Part shown: one piece after another, positions 14,635-28,569 of the stretch | Numbering within the stretch: position 1 is the stretch's first letter | Layout: every line of letters starts with the position of its first letter | Source of the DNA: Octopus vulgaris | Lineage: Eukaryota | Assembly (NCBI GenBank): GCA_951406725.2 | Contig: OX597838.1 | Location: forward strand, 5,642,001 to 5,706,000 | Direction: 5' to 3' | Length of the DNA: 64,000 nucleotides | The notes under the pieces: generated by a model | Told to the model about the DNA's origin: nothing | The model's input: only the letters and a program-made list of their open reading frames with translations | The model's database searches: none | Translations under genes and position numbers: made by a program

Positions 14635-14719
14635 TATAAGGACTGTTTTCATTAAAGTTTTATATACATTAGCCACCTGTTAAATTATCCATAGATTTTT
14701 GTATATAATATATATATTC

Positions 14720-14890
14720 TGATAGTCGAGGTAGCCCGGAATCAACCGAATAAGCTGGCCTTACTGAAGATGGCTATGGCAATAGCCGAAACTGACCGGT
14801 TAATCTAACAAATTGTCGGTTCGGGGGCCGGGGCGATTGCAGCCGCTATCAGCGTATATTTTACATGCTTTGTAACAGCATTGGAGTATT
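14720..14890 (+). ncRNA. Hammerhead-ribozyme-like motif (type I layout) in a probable Penelope-like terminal repeat
   Basis: CTGAAGA (14764-70), T, GGCTAT-GGCA-ATAGCC (perfect 6-bp stem II), GAAAC (14788-92) ... GT. Distal helix aaccga/tcggtt. Stem I register is off by one. Confidence 0.55.
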
Positions 14891-14966
14891 TTAGCTCCTA
14901 TTTCTAGCAATGTTGGTGTTATTCACACCCTTAGGCAAGTTCAGTTGACGATTATGATGTTCCTTT

Positions 14967-15009
<43 letters not shown>

Positions 15010-15179
15010 CATATGAGGAAAGAGAGAGAGAGTGAGAGAGAGAGAGAGAAAAAAAGTGAGAGAGAGAGAGAGAGAGAGAGGGGGGATGCAAAGCGTGTCT
15101 ACTAATAAGAACGGCGACATTTCGAGAACGGAACTGGATATTATATTGCCGTCTCTGATTGCTGTCGAATTCAAATATA

Positions 15180-16015
15180 GATTTTGGACAAAAAAAGAAA
15201 AAAATGATATAATGGTTGAGTCGAGGGATTCCACCATTATATCATTTATTGCAGTAGAGAGAAATGTCTAAATAGGAATATCTTTATAGGGATGGGGGGG
15301 GGGGCACACTTTTGGCTGTCCGAAAATGCAATAATGCTGTGAGAATCATAGGCAAAGTTGTTTAGATTATACAAAAGATATATCGTTAAAGCATTAAATG
15401 TAATTCATGTCATAAAAAAAAACAAAAAAACTATTAGCTGAAAAGAATAGGAAAGTTTGTTAGATGTCAAATCTGATCTTCGTTCCTTTAAAAGCGTGAA
15501 ATCAGATAATTCATGAGATTTGAAATACGACTAAAAAGAACCGAAAACCTAGTTCTATAATGGTTTTTCATGTATAACATTTACCAAAGCAGATTGAGAA
15601 ATGCCTTTTATTTTTGCCGCAGCTGGAATATAACTTAGAAAACTGAGATCAAATCTTTCCAACAATTCTTTGAATAATCTCTAAAAACTGTTTTCAATAA
15701 GAAACCAAAATGAATCTTATATGAGTCTTCATTCAAAATATCTCTGCTAATCTTTGCAGTTAAATTTAAATGTAATGATTTAAAACATTTTTTTTGTGAG
15801 TGTTACACGAGTGTAACTATCATATGAGAGGTTTCTGGTGGAATTATGGAAAAGGGGAAAAAAGCACATCTATTTTTGTTATGTATTCTCATTAAACATT
15901 TACTATGTGTGACAATTAATTACCCTGCTCTAAATGTATTTGACATTGGAAGTACTAATTAACCAAAACCCACTTTCAAACATTTTATTGACATTAAATA
16001 AATGAAATAAGTGTG
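15180..16015. repeat. Diverged direct duplication, copy 2
   Basis: See 13810-14590. Confidence 0.85.
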
Positions 16016-16484
16016 TGTGTGTTACTATATTTCAACATAAGAATGTTATTAACACGCAGTATTAGCATACATATACACAACTACACGAACATTGAACTCG
16101 GTCCAGTTTCAGAAACACAATTTGGGCTCTCTGTATATCTTCTCTAACTGCATCTCACGGTCAGACTCTGCCTCTGTCTCTCCCTATCTCTCTTTCTCAC
16201 TCTCTCTCTTTGTCCCCCACTCTCTCTCCCTATACATACATACCCATATATGAACACACCTGTACTGATGTAATTAGGCTGAGATAAACCATCCCCGATC
16301 TAGAAACCACTTGTGATTTTTACCTTCTATTCTTGCCACACGGTTTGATATACTGCCAACAGGAGAAAAACAAGAAAGTACATAGGCACATACATACCTG
16401 CTTACATACAAATATACGTACACATATATATACATTTTTTATCTTTCTTTTTATTATAAATGTTTGTATATGTATATATACACA

Positions 16485-16516
<32 letters not shown>

Positions 16517-16546
16517 CACGTGTATGTGTAAATATGTATGTATAAG

Positions 16547-16614
<68 letters not shown>

Positions 16615-17184
16615 TGTGAGCAACAAATATAGTCAAGCACAAACAAAATAATCTAGAAATAAAATGTAGGGAAAATGGAAAGAAAGGAAGAGAATAGATG
16701 CATCAACTTAGAATGGTATGAAATGTGTAAAATATACGAGTGTGTGTGTGCATGTGTTTGCTTCAATCCGTGGGTGTGTATATTTCTATGTGCTAGTGTG
16801 TGTGTGATTGTACATGCGTGCGTATATTGAAGACCTTAGACATATGAGTGACGACTGCTTAGAGAAGAATTTCTAAATGATAAATTAACAATTGTCTGAT
16901 GAGAGAACAAGATTTCTAATCTAGCTATCATTTTTCACAATCCGATTCTACTTGTCTCAAGCGTTGACAACAGTCTATTTTAGAAACTAGTTTATTTAGG
17001 AAAAGAAAAAGAGAATAGCAAGGATTTCGTTGAACTGTGTAGTAATATTTATTTTATCTATTGATAGAAACCACTTATTTGGCCCAGTGAATCCTGGCTT
17101 TTAATCTACTCTAACCTATTTAGACTTTAACGAGAAAGAGGGTGAGAGATATGAAGTAAAATGAGTAGAGAGAGAGAGATAAAG

Positions 17185-17226
<42 letters not shown>

Positions 17227-17469
17227 TTTGAAAGAGATGGAGAATCAGAGCGGGTTTGAAAGACAGAGAGAGAAACAGAGAGAGTTTGAAGGAGAGTTAA
17301 GAGATGATAAAGGAATCGTTTCATGAGGGAAAAGTGGTAAATGATGGACAGTGAATAAATACGTGTTAATGTGTGTGATGTAAAAGGCGAGTGTATATAG
17401 GTTTTAATCAAAGTGTACGCGTGCGAGCGTTTTGCATGCAAGTTTGTGCAAGCATGGATGTATAGTATG

Positions 17470-17590
17470 AAGCTTATCTTTCAAGCATGCGGTTTCGATT
17501 TCAGTCGCACTACGTAGCATCTACCGTAGATCAAGACCGACCGAATCCTTGTAGACGGATACGGAAAATACAGAAAGCATCCCATCGTAT
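17470..17590 (+). mobile_element. Degenerate SINE B head
   Basis: cggtttcgatttcagtcgcactacgtagcatct...gtagacgga...agaaagcatcccatcgtata, then (TA)n. Confidence 0.5.
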
Positions 17591-17605
17591 ATATATTTAT
17601 ATATG

Positions 17606-17654
<49 letters not shown>

Positions 17655-17684
17655 TTACCCACATACACACGCACACGCATACAT

Positions 17685-17734
<50 letters not shown>

Positions 17735-17739
17735 ATAGT

Positions 17740-17932
17740 CGCCATGAGTGACCGCTAAATATACAAGGTTTTTTTCTCTCTATCTCTCTCTTTATTTATT
17801 CGTGTTCCTTTCTGTTGAATAGCGTAGGCTAGGATCGTAAAATACTTTCTAACATTTCCAAGCATCAAAATTAATACACTTGTTTGCTGTGTATACACTT
17901 GTCTTCGTCTTTTATTTTTCTGCAAATTTCAA

Positions 17933-17935
<3 letters not shown>
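17740..17935 (+). mobile_element. Penelope-like short repeat with decayed variant hammerhead
   Basis: CTTT-CTGTTGA-A-TAGC GTAG GCTA-GGAT-CGT-A-AAA, followed by aatacacttgtttg...gtcttcgtctttt shared with 50655-50818. Confidence 0.55.
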
Positions 17936-18009
<74 letters not shown>

Positions 18010-19445
18010 TCCCGGGCTACGTTTATTAGCCAAATTGTTCGTTACATGTTTGATTTCATTACATAGAAAATGGAGTAATCCTTTCCAAGCAACACAAATC
18101 TACATAAAGGCATGCAATGTAGATTTATTGGTCATTCTCTCACTAGCGTACATATAAAAATATACGTATATAGATATAGGTGTATGTTTGTGAGCCTTTC
18201 ACATTGTTTTGTCTCTGCCTATGCATGTTTTCTTGGCGAAAATATGAGAATTATTGTTTTCTACGTAAACTATATATTTGCATGCTGCAAGAATTGCGTG
18301 CTTGGACATAAAAAAATCGTTTGAACATGCTTTTTCACTCGTATATACGGGGTTGGTTGTCCAAATTTCCAAGCGTTGTTTGGCAATGTAATTTTGATGC
18401 GCTGATTCGCAAAACAATGTACTCCCAGCTCTCGTGGTTTTTTGTTCAAATCTCAGGTCGTTAAGCTAATTGTTTCCCAGTCGCTATTACACGAGCGTTG
18501 TGTGATTGCGTTTTATTATGAAATGTTTTGCTCATACTGAGAGAATGTTTCAGCAAAACTGTTCCTCACTTAACTTATTCGCGCACAGAAACATACGCAT
18601 ATTGGAACCCCAAAGTGTCTATGTACATACGCATACACGCACACACACACACACACGCACACACACACACACATACGCACAGACACACATACACACACAG
18701 AGTCATTTAATCATGTTTTCAATTACATTTAACCGCATAGAAGGCAAAAAAAAAGAGAGAAAGAATACTCCATCGATTCGAATTCTCAGTTTAAGCAAAA
18801 TTGGTGTCTCGTAAATTTACAATATTCACAAGTGAAAAATATTGTCGCGTACTATTTCCTATTATTAACTTTCTACAATGTATATCATTACAGCAATTTT
18901 TGCAGTCAGCACGTTGACATATCATTAATTCCTGAATGTAAACTTAATAAACATTTGGTACTGTTGGAAACATAATGATGGCTTTCTCAAATATCCACAC
19001 CTTCGAATTTTAAGAATTATGAGCAAAAATAAAAATAAAAAAAAACAGACAGATAAGAAATAATTAGAAATAAACAAAGCAAAATATGAGTATACCAATA
19101 CAAACATACAAATTTAATAGCGAATATAATGGCCTATAGAAGTGTAACCTTTTATAGATGTGTCGCTTATAATTAAATCTAATTTCATGTTTCCGAACGA
19201 ATGTGTTATAATAGCGCAGAAAAGGTTGACTAATTAACTAAAAATTAAAACATGAGAATATGATTAGATGCTAATTCCTATACTAATCTTAAAATCCATT
19301 TACAAAGATATTGAAGCTGAAGGGTACAGAGATATAATAATTAGGATTAAACACGAAACAGTCTTGAAAATATTTCGCAATTTTATTTTCAAAGACAACA
19401 CTGGTAAAAAAAATATCTGTCAATGTCACATACAAAAGTAAAAAT

Positions 19446-19457
19446 ATAATAATAATG

Positions 19458-19531
<74 letters not shown>
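19446..19531. repeat. (AAT)n microsatellite
   Basis: Directly visible. Confidence 0.95.
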
Positions 19532-19532
<1 letters not shown>

Positions 19533-20719
19533 TTTATAGTATTATTAATACGGTGTGGCTTACCATATATAATGCGTCCCTTTATTTCCTAAGATCAAAT
19601 CCTACTCAGTTCGATTTTATCTTTAGCATATATGGGATCGATAAAATTAATCAAGTACCAGCCATGTCCTAGGGGACACTTATTAATTTAATGGACGCTA
19701 TATTACATTACCAAATTTGAGGCGTATATGTCAATGTTAAAAATCAATATTATGTATTCAGTATATTTTATTGTTTGCGCTCTTTTACTCTGAGCTTTTC
19801 ATATCAGAATTGTCGGTTTTATTGTTGTTAGTTTTGCGTTGTAACATCCCTGTGATGTGTTCTTTGATCAGCATTGTATCAGTCTAGGTTATTTAACCGT
19901 CGAAGATACCCAGACAAACATCCAATCTACGTAACTAGAACTATTTAATTATCACATGCTCTAAACTCATAAAGAGACTTTATCGTTTGCCATTTCCGAA
20001 TCTGAATTATCCATCTAACCACAGTGTACCATCAACAGTAAACGTTCAAAGAAGTGTAAATGGGTATAGCTTTGTTATTCCCAAAGCCATAAGCTTTTTG
20101 TAATTTCGCAATGGAAGGGAAATATAATAGTAAGTGCAGGATAGAAATTGCAAAAACTCAATCTACTTGCTGATTAAGTGCTGCCATTAAGTGAGGTTCC
20201 GTTACAAAACAATCTTCACTGCTTGAGTAATTATATAAATATACATAGATATAATACATTTATTTCACACGTCGTGTGAGGCAATGCATAATTACAACGT
20301 TTCGCTTTTCTGTCCAAGCTTTAACACATTTTCCGCGTAATTGAGTGTCCATAAGCTGTATACTTTCAAATATTAGAGTGCAAGTCTGGCCAGTTGTGGG
20401 TCTGAGAAAAACCTGTGTATACAGGCAATAATGTCAATCAACTTTGAGGTCAATCAAACCATTATTATCAATCGAAGAGAATGTGTGCATATGTAAAAGG
20501 AAAACAGAGTGCCACACTTTGTGTTCGAAAACGTGTCAATGAATCTTTTCAGCAATGTCCATACCTTTAAAATGGTCTTCATGCTGTTGTACTTTAGATA
20601 CGCACAATTACAGCTATTGTGAGGGAGGAGAGATAGTTGATAGATTCGCCGCTGTTGCTGTTATTTGACTGATATTGTATTTTGTCGATCCCGAGAGGAG
20701 GAGAATCAAAGCTGCTGTA

Positions 20720-20756
<37 letters not shown>

Positions 20757-21076
20757 AGAAACAATAGAAATGATTTGTAGCGAAACCAAGTCAAGTGAAC
20801 TTTATCATCTGTATCACCAAGAAAATAAACACGAACACTGTGTAGTAGTATTCATACATTTGATGACAAATGCATGAGCGGTACATGAAAATGGACCCGC
20901 TTCTGTCCGTCATATCCACCCCACTTCCCATCCTCTCTCTTTGTAGATTAAGTTCTTAGGTTTATCACAATATTTGAATATATACATTAATCGCACTTTC
21001 TAAATGATCACCTACTGAATAATTCTTTATCTTCCTCATATATTACCATCATTAACAACATCACTATTATTATTAT

Positions 21077-21470
21077 TGAGTGAGAGAGCAGTGCATGCCA
21101 TCAAAGTGACACTGGGGTAAAATATACGAAGCCCAATATGCCCATCATGACTACCCGTCTGATAAGGGTACACCAGGTACATGCATCATAACCATATGTG
21201 CGCGACATGGTGAAACACCGCATGACCTTGCGCTGGTGGGGCTCAGAATTTTCTTCTTGTCGACTTACCCATCCCGCTCAAAAGGTCCCTGAATAAGGAT
21301 TGTTTAAGGATGATGATTGAAACACCCATGTTTCCAAAGGTGAATTATCCAAACCTCTAAGTATTCCTTTCAACACACGGCTATGATGCACATATCGTCA
21401 GCCACTAAGGGACATACTCAACTGGTTAATGCCAAAAAACTGACAAGCAAATCTGTGGTAATGAGCAGAA
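21077..21470 (-). mobile_element. Non-LTR retroelement 3' region ending in (AAT)n
   Basis: Higher-GC non-microsatellite block bounded by (ATT)n on both sides. Minus strand ends ...gcactgctctctcactc-(AAT)n. No ORF recognised. Confidence 0.5.
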
Positions 21471-21722
<252 letters not shown>

Positions 21723-21726
21723 ATCG

Positions 21727-21882
21727 AGGCAGCGGCAGGCAAAATGTTTAGCGGCATTTCGTCCGTCCATATGTTCTGAGTTAAGATTCTGTCGATTTCA
21801 ACTTTGACTAACATCCGTTCGGGGTATATACAATTAAGTACCAGTGAAAGACTAGGGTGAGTGTAATCGACTAGTCCCGTTC
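21727..21882 (+). mobile_element. Degenerate SINE A
   Basis: tttagcggcatttcgtcc...gttctgagtt...cggggt...aattaagtaccagt...gtgtaatcgact. Confidence 0.7.
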
Positions 21883-21884
21883 CG

Positions 21885-22655
21885 CTAGATTCTAACTTCT
21901 TTATGATATTCTGCTGGTCAAGGTTAACGTTAGATGTTTCTCTCATTTTCCATTTGATGAAGTAGCTTTTGCAAATTTATCTAGGCCAAATTGCATCCTA
22001 ATATCATCACTGGATTGTTTAACAACTGCTTTTTATCCCTGTAGTTATTGGTTATCTTTTGCAAAGAGCTGTAAATCATCCTTGCAAGTGAGATGATTTA
22101 TATTTTTATCAAACTGTTTATAACCATAGTGTAAATTATTGAGCAATTTCGTGAGAGGTATTAAGGCTAGACAAAAGAGGGGAGTGGTAACTGGGAATCA
22201 CCCTGGAAAATGTCACATGGAATTCTTACAACTCCAGCTTTGAGAGATTCATTGTCACTGTTCGCAGTTAGTGTGGTTCTCAATGATCTCATACATACAG
22301 ACAAAAAGCTTCGCAGAGTAGGCGCTATTTTATACATTTCCAGACATTTCTTAATCCAGCTTTGTGGTAGGGCTATCAACAGCCTTTTTACAGTCTATCC
22401 AGGCCAGTCACACGTTTCTGTGTCGTTTATGAAAATCTTCCAGGATTATCTTATTGATGAGTAGCTGATCCTTACAACCAATATGATCCACGTTTACATC
22501 CTATAGGTAAATTCAGTCAAGACGGATGTTAGCGTTTTATAAATTGTTGTTAAGCAGGTTATGGGCCGATAACATTTTGGTTCATTTGTTTCTTCATGAT
22601 TTGGAAATAGGAATGTTATACCATTAACTAGCCAATAGGGAATCATACGAGGATG
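21885..22655 (-). pseudogene. Reverse transcriptase fragment of a Dong/R4-clade (RLE) LINE, frameshifted
   Basis: Minus-strand peptides YRPITCLTTIYKTLT, GCKDQLLINKIILED, PQSWIKKCLEMYKI, IFQGDS, HLTCKDDLQLFAK (YMDD equivalent), DDIRMQFGLDKFAK. Confidence 0.85.
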
Positions 22656-22659
22656 TCGC

Positions 22660-22693
<34 letters not shown>

Positions 22694-22700
22694 TCCTTAA

Positions 22701-22864
22701 GGCGGGGAGCTGGCAGGAAACCACAGCGGTCGACATTTTTTAGCTGCGTTTCGTCTGTCGCGACGTAATGATTTCAAATTCTGCCGAGGTCGACTTTACT
22801 ATTCCTCCTTTCGGGGTCGATAAATCAAGTACCAGTTGAGTACAGGCCTTGAGCTTATAGTCGA
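22701..22864 (+). mobile_element. Degenerate SINE A
   Basis: ggcggggagctggcag...ttcaaattctgccgaggtcgacttt...cctttcggggtcgataaatcaagtaccagtt. Confidence 0.8.
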
Positions 22865-23154
22865 AAGGTTCGTTATTAGTATCCTTATTTCCACACACAC
22901 ATACACACACACGCACACAATATTTCCCTCTAATTTGGTCATATGCCTGTTGGTCTCGATGCCTTCCAGTCAGAATTTTGATCAATAAATATTTCTTCAT
23001 CACACACTCTCATCATCATCAATGTATGCCACCCTATCTTCCCTCTCCCTCTCCTTCTTTCTTAGCTTTCGAGAAATTATTCTACGGCTTCCTTCAACCA
23101 TCTGTTTGATCGTCGTCCTCTTTCTAACACACACACACAAGCAATCTTGCAATC

Positions 23155-23225
<71 letters not shown>

Positions 23226-23272
23226 ACTTTCTTTCTTTCGTTTTGTCTTTCTTTCTCTCTCTCTCTCTCTCT
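23155..23272. repeat. (TTTC)n/(TC)n microsatellite
   Basis: Directly visible. Confidence 0.9.
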
Positions 23273-23719
23273 CCTACTCTTTGTTTAACAATTGTCTTCT
23301 TACAAGGATACAAAAGTTAATTACATTTTCAACAATAATAAGACAAAGTAATTATTAATTAATTATCTAATTAATTCGTTAATATATCTCTCAGGTGACG
23401 TCCATACTAATATACTCAAAGAAAACAACACGCAGCTTGTTGGTTGAGGGAAACATTTGTCAGCCATCAAACTATTGGCAGTGGTTCGCATTGATTTGAC
23501 AGTATAGATGTGCGTTTTGAGGATAAAATATTTAAAATCACAAGAACTTTGTCTGCGTATCAAATGAAACGATTTTGTCGTCGTTACACAAATGCGCCCC
23601 AAACGATGTCGTAATCTCAGCAAAAATTGCATGTCTCTTACCTGATAGGTTTGGACACAGAAAAACGTAAAATAAATAGCAAAACACATAAAAAAATATT
23701 AGAATTCAATGTTGTGAAT

Positions 23720-24370
23720 TATGGTTACATATGACGCGTTTTAGTCATTAGAATGCGATTATGTTAGGACACTGCTTTGCAGAGTTGAAGAAATATATCC
23801 GAGTAATTATCGTAAATCTGCTAGGTATTCTGTCGGACAGATGCCGAACCGCTAAATCAAAACGAATTAAAAATTCCACAGGAATTAAATAATAATAAGG
23901 AAATTATTGTATACAGTGCTCAGGTGCACCACAACTTGTCAGAAAGTGCATATAAAGTACATGCAGTAATGTAGAAATGTCTGGAAAGCGAACAATGTAC
24001 GAGTCAGATACATGCTTGTGTGTGTATGGAGGGGAGAAAATCAAGTGTAGTGTTGGCGAATCTCTGGAAGCATGGAAGTTCTGAAGGATGCAGTGCTCCG
24101 ACAACTAACAACTGATGCCGGCAGTTGTGAAGCTGTACTGGGGCACAAACATAATGACGCATACACACACACAGGCAAACTCACACACATACATATACAT
24201 ACAAATACATATCTATATATACAACAGGCTTCCACTCAGTTTGCATATGCGAAAGTCCTTTAGAAAGCAATGATTGTTCCGCACTATCGTAAAAAACACT
24301 TGCGCAAGTTGTCGTGCAATGTGTTTCAAACCAAAGCCACATGGTTGCAAAATGAATTTTTTCACAACAC
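23720..24370 (-). mobile_element. Old SINE B split by a CR1-type insertion
   Basis: Tail half at 23720-23860 (gccgaaccgctaa) and remainder at 24125-24370 (ggcacaaaca...caggcttccactcagtt...) flank the LINE fragment. Confidence 0.5.
23888..24124 (-). mobile_element. 3' end of a CR1/L2-type LINE
   Basis: Minus strand LPASVVSCRSTASFRTSMLPEIRQHYT* resembles the WNxLPxxVVxxxSxxxFK C-terminal motif. The 3' UTR ends in an ATT-rich tail. Confidence 0.65.
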
Positions 24371-25267
24371 ATTAATATCTATGATTTTAAATATTCAACC
24401 GCGTTTAGTTTGCTCCATATTGTCGTTTACATCATTCTTGATGTTTAACATCCAGTCAGACGTAAATCGACAGATCTAATTTCAAATTCATTCCAAAAGT
24501 GACAATCAGCTATTTTCAGTTTGCTGGACATATATGGTCTATGATGGTCTTCTCTAAGATATTAGAGAGTAACAGATATATTTTCGTTGTTGTTTCTATC
24601 GTGACGAGAATGTTAATAAATCCTGCCTATTAAATGGAATTACTGGCCGTGTTAAGTGCAATGATGTTTTTGTCAACTTTCAGTGAACTGTGTGACCTTG
24701 GTCAAGATATTTCAAAAGGAATCAACCCATATTTTAGTTGAAAATATTATACCTAGAATTACGATGTCGGTGAGAATTAAGACAGATATAGATTATATCT
24801 AGTGAGGTGGGTAGCCATATAGTGTATCTGGAACTATTCTATTTCTTGTTCGATCTATTAAGTATTTCTCAATATTTCTCAAGCTATGTAAGTGCTTCGA
24901 GCTGGTTGGAGAGTAGAACATACTTGCCCATTGTACAATGTAGGGAGTATTGAATGCGAGTCTATGTGCTTGGCAACCAAAGTCCGAAACCGCAGAGCAA
25001 GCCGTGCTACCGTTTAGAAAGACAAGGAAAAGCAGTGATGCCTACTTAGGCGAGAACTGAACTTAGTACAATCAGTCTTAGCTGGATGGTGCGAGACGAT
25101 TCTTACGCCGTTCTGTCACCGAGCTTGCTACGAAATGGTAGCAAAGAAATAAAGATATAAACATCATTTTCATAACCAAATAGGAAGCCCATTTCAAGGC
25201 ATCTCCATTGAGATAGATTTATTTTATTAGATTCACACAGACACACAGACACACGCACGGACACACA

Positions 25268-25337
<70 letters not shown>

Positions 25338-25623
25338 CATATGTATGTATTTAATTTTCTGCATTTATTTATCTTATCAATTAAATATGTTGATTCATCC
25401 ATCCATCTAAGCAGCTTGTTTGTTCGCATCCTAACACATTCACTTACAATTTCACACGTTCGTATTTTCTCTTTCTGAACGTCTTTTCATTTTTAAATCT
25501 ACAATTCAAAAGTCTATCTTCTCCACCAGCCACACTCACAACTCCTCACTTTTAATCTCTCCCAATCTCTCCCACTCACATCTCACTCTCTTATACACAC
25601 ACATACACAGACAAATATAGATT

Positions 25624-25667
<44 letters not shown>

Positions 25668-26169
25668 TTTCACGCACCTAATGCAAACGTTCTCTTTCTC
25701 GCTCCTCTTCATATAATACAACAAGGAGATTTACTGTCATTCGCCGGAATTTCAATGAGATGCAAATAGGAAAGAAATGTAAACACTTGGGGGAATGCGT
25801 ACGTGTCAGCGTATTTTGTATATGTTCAGTGCGTATATGCTTCGGGAATGTATACGAGTGCACCAGTGCGTACACACAACGCGTTTACACGTAAGTGTCA
25901 GTATATAGGTATGTATGTAGCATACGGATGATGAGTGCGGGTGTGTATACGTGTTGCTGTGTGCATATATTTGTGTAACCGTGAAGATAAACGAACGCAC
26001 ACACGTATATCTAACTATGTATGGGATTCTACTGCAATAATATTTTAGTACTTACATTTAAAGTTTAGTGATTATTTTCTTTAATCTAACCATGTATCTA
26101 CATCAATTCTCATGTATGTGTGTTTGTGTGTATGTGCGTGTGTTCGTGCGTAAAAACACACACACACAT

Positions 26170-26212
<43 letters not shown>

Positions 26213-26496
26213 AGTGCATAAGTGCGTATGTGTTCTTGCGTATACACACACACACACACACACATATATTTATATATATAAGTATTTATGAGTATAAGTG
26301 TGTGTGTGTTCGTGTATATATATATATATATATATATGAGTGAGTGTGTGTATGTGTATGTTACGTGTGTGTATGCATGAAGATATTTATTGATATTTTC
26401 TCTACGACTTATTTCCATGCGTGTGAGTGTGCACCTGTGTTTATGTTTATCACACACACACACACACACACACACGTGTGTATATATATGTACGTG

Positions 26497-26528
<32 letters not shown>

Positions 26529-27156
26529 CACATACATATAATATACATATACGTAGATATATATATATATATATATGAGATGCACATATATATATCTGTA
26601 TATATATATATATGTATATATATGTATATATATATACATATATATGTATGTAAGTGCACACGCATATGTGATTGCATGTTTATTCGTAACGAGATAAGAA
26701 ATGGAATTTTAGTTCGTCTTTAGCCCAGTAAAATTTTTGTACGTAAGTACTTATATGCCAACGGGTTTTTATATATATATATATATATGTATATGCATAT
26801 GTATGTATATGTATGCGTTTGTGTACACATCTACATATATACATATATATATATATACATGCATATACATACATGCATACATACAAAAATACAAGAAGAT
26901 AAGTAGTGAGGAAAAGAGAGAGAGACGGAGAGAGAGAAAGTGAGAGATAGGAAGAAAGAGCCGTGAAACTGGAGATAATATACACACACACACAGAAAAG
27001 TGAAAATTATTTTTCCCCTGGAAATATACTGAATTACACATAGAAGATTAACTCCATGTATAGCAAATTTATATACGCAGTAAGAGATATATACACACAT
27101 GCACATCCACATATATATATAAATGTGTGTTGGTACTTATGTGTTTGTGTACACAT

Positions 27157-27193
<37 letters not shown>

Positions 27194-27212
27194 TATATAT
27201 ATATATATATTT

Positions 27213-27443
27213 GGGAGCGAGCTGGCAGAACCGTTAGCACGCCGGACGAAATGCGTTGCCGTATTTCGTATGTCGTTACGTTCCGAGTTCAAATCCCGCC
27301 GAGGTCGACTTTGCCTTTCATCCTTCCGGGGTTGATAAATTAAGTACCAGTTACGCACTGGGGTCGATGTAATCGACTTAATCCCTTTGTCTGTCCTTGT
27401 TTGTCCCCTCTGTGTTTAGCCCCTTGTGGGTAGTAAAGAAATA
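27213..27443 (+). mobile_element. SINE family A, full-length monomer (tRNA-derived)
   Basis: A-box-like tggcagaaccg, B-box gagttcaaatccc, central ccgaggtcgactttgcctttcatcc...gataaattaagtaccag, tail ccccttgtgggtagtaaagaaata. Sits in (TA)n. Confidence 0.92.
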
Positions 27444-27499
27444 TAGATATATATATATATATATATACATATACATGTAAATAATAACATGTATATAAT

Positions 27500-27559
<60 letters not shown>

Positions 27560-28336
27560 GGATAACAGATAAAATGTATATGCACGTGCGTATGTATGCG
27601 TGCGTTCGTGTGTGTTTGTGTGTGTGTGTGTGCATGAAATCATACTTATGCGCCCCTTATACATTGTGTTTCTGCGTGTGCTTTCCTTTGCCTTCAAAAA
27701 TATGCCCGTTTGTAATTGTACGAAACATTAAGTAGTAAATCAAGTTGGAGTTATATAGATTCTATATTTTATAGTTGGGTAAGGGAAGCCTGAAACGGAG
27801 ACCAGCAGTTGGTCGTGGCGATAATGCAGCAAATATCGAATCGAAATATCAACGTTTCGATATTACACTTATACTGTAATTTAATATTAGCTGAGCTGGT
27901 TACTACAATTTCTGTTAAGGTGAAGTACTCTGATATATCCTGTAGTTGTGTGTTTGAACGAGTTTCTCTTCTCCTAAGGAAAGTGAGGCTAAATGGTGAA
28001 TGATAATTCACGCAGCTCCCCAGGCTATAGATACATACATTTAAATATATATATTATATTATGTATATGCGTGTGCGTGTGTGTGTGTGTGTGCGTGTAT
28101 AAATTAAGATACACAATAGCATGAAAATTTCACTCCTACGGCCTTTTCATCACTGATGATCTTTGGAAGTTAACGTTGGATGTTCCAAGAGCATTTGTAT
28201 TCTAAACTAAAAGGGATCAGCTACAAAACAACTTTATATCATTCTTTTACAGGAATCAAATATCTACCTATCTATATATCTGTCTATCTATCTACATAGG
28301 TGTATATATATATCTATATATATCTATATGGGTGTA

Positions 28337-28375
<39 letters not shown>

Positions 28376-28569
28376 GCATATATATATATATATATATATG
28401 TATGCATGTATGTATGTAGGTAGATATGTAGATAAAACTTACTTGGAAAAGGATGCGTGGCGTTCGATCATATAATTATATAAATGATATATAAATATAT
28501 GCATATATACATAGATATATGTACATACCTACATATATATGTATATATACATGAATATATGGGTACTAG

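Noticed and set aside
27213-27305. SINE heads (also ~35925-36000 and ~43365-43440) as functional tRNA genes
   Set aside because: They have A and B boxes but non-canonical arms and continue into multi-copy SINE bodies.
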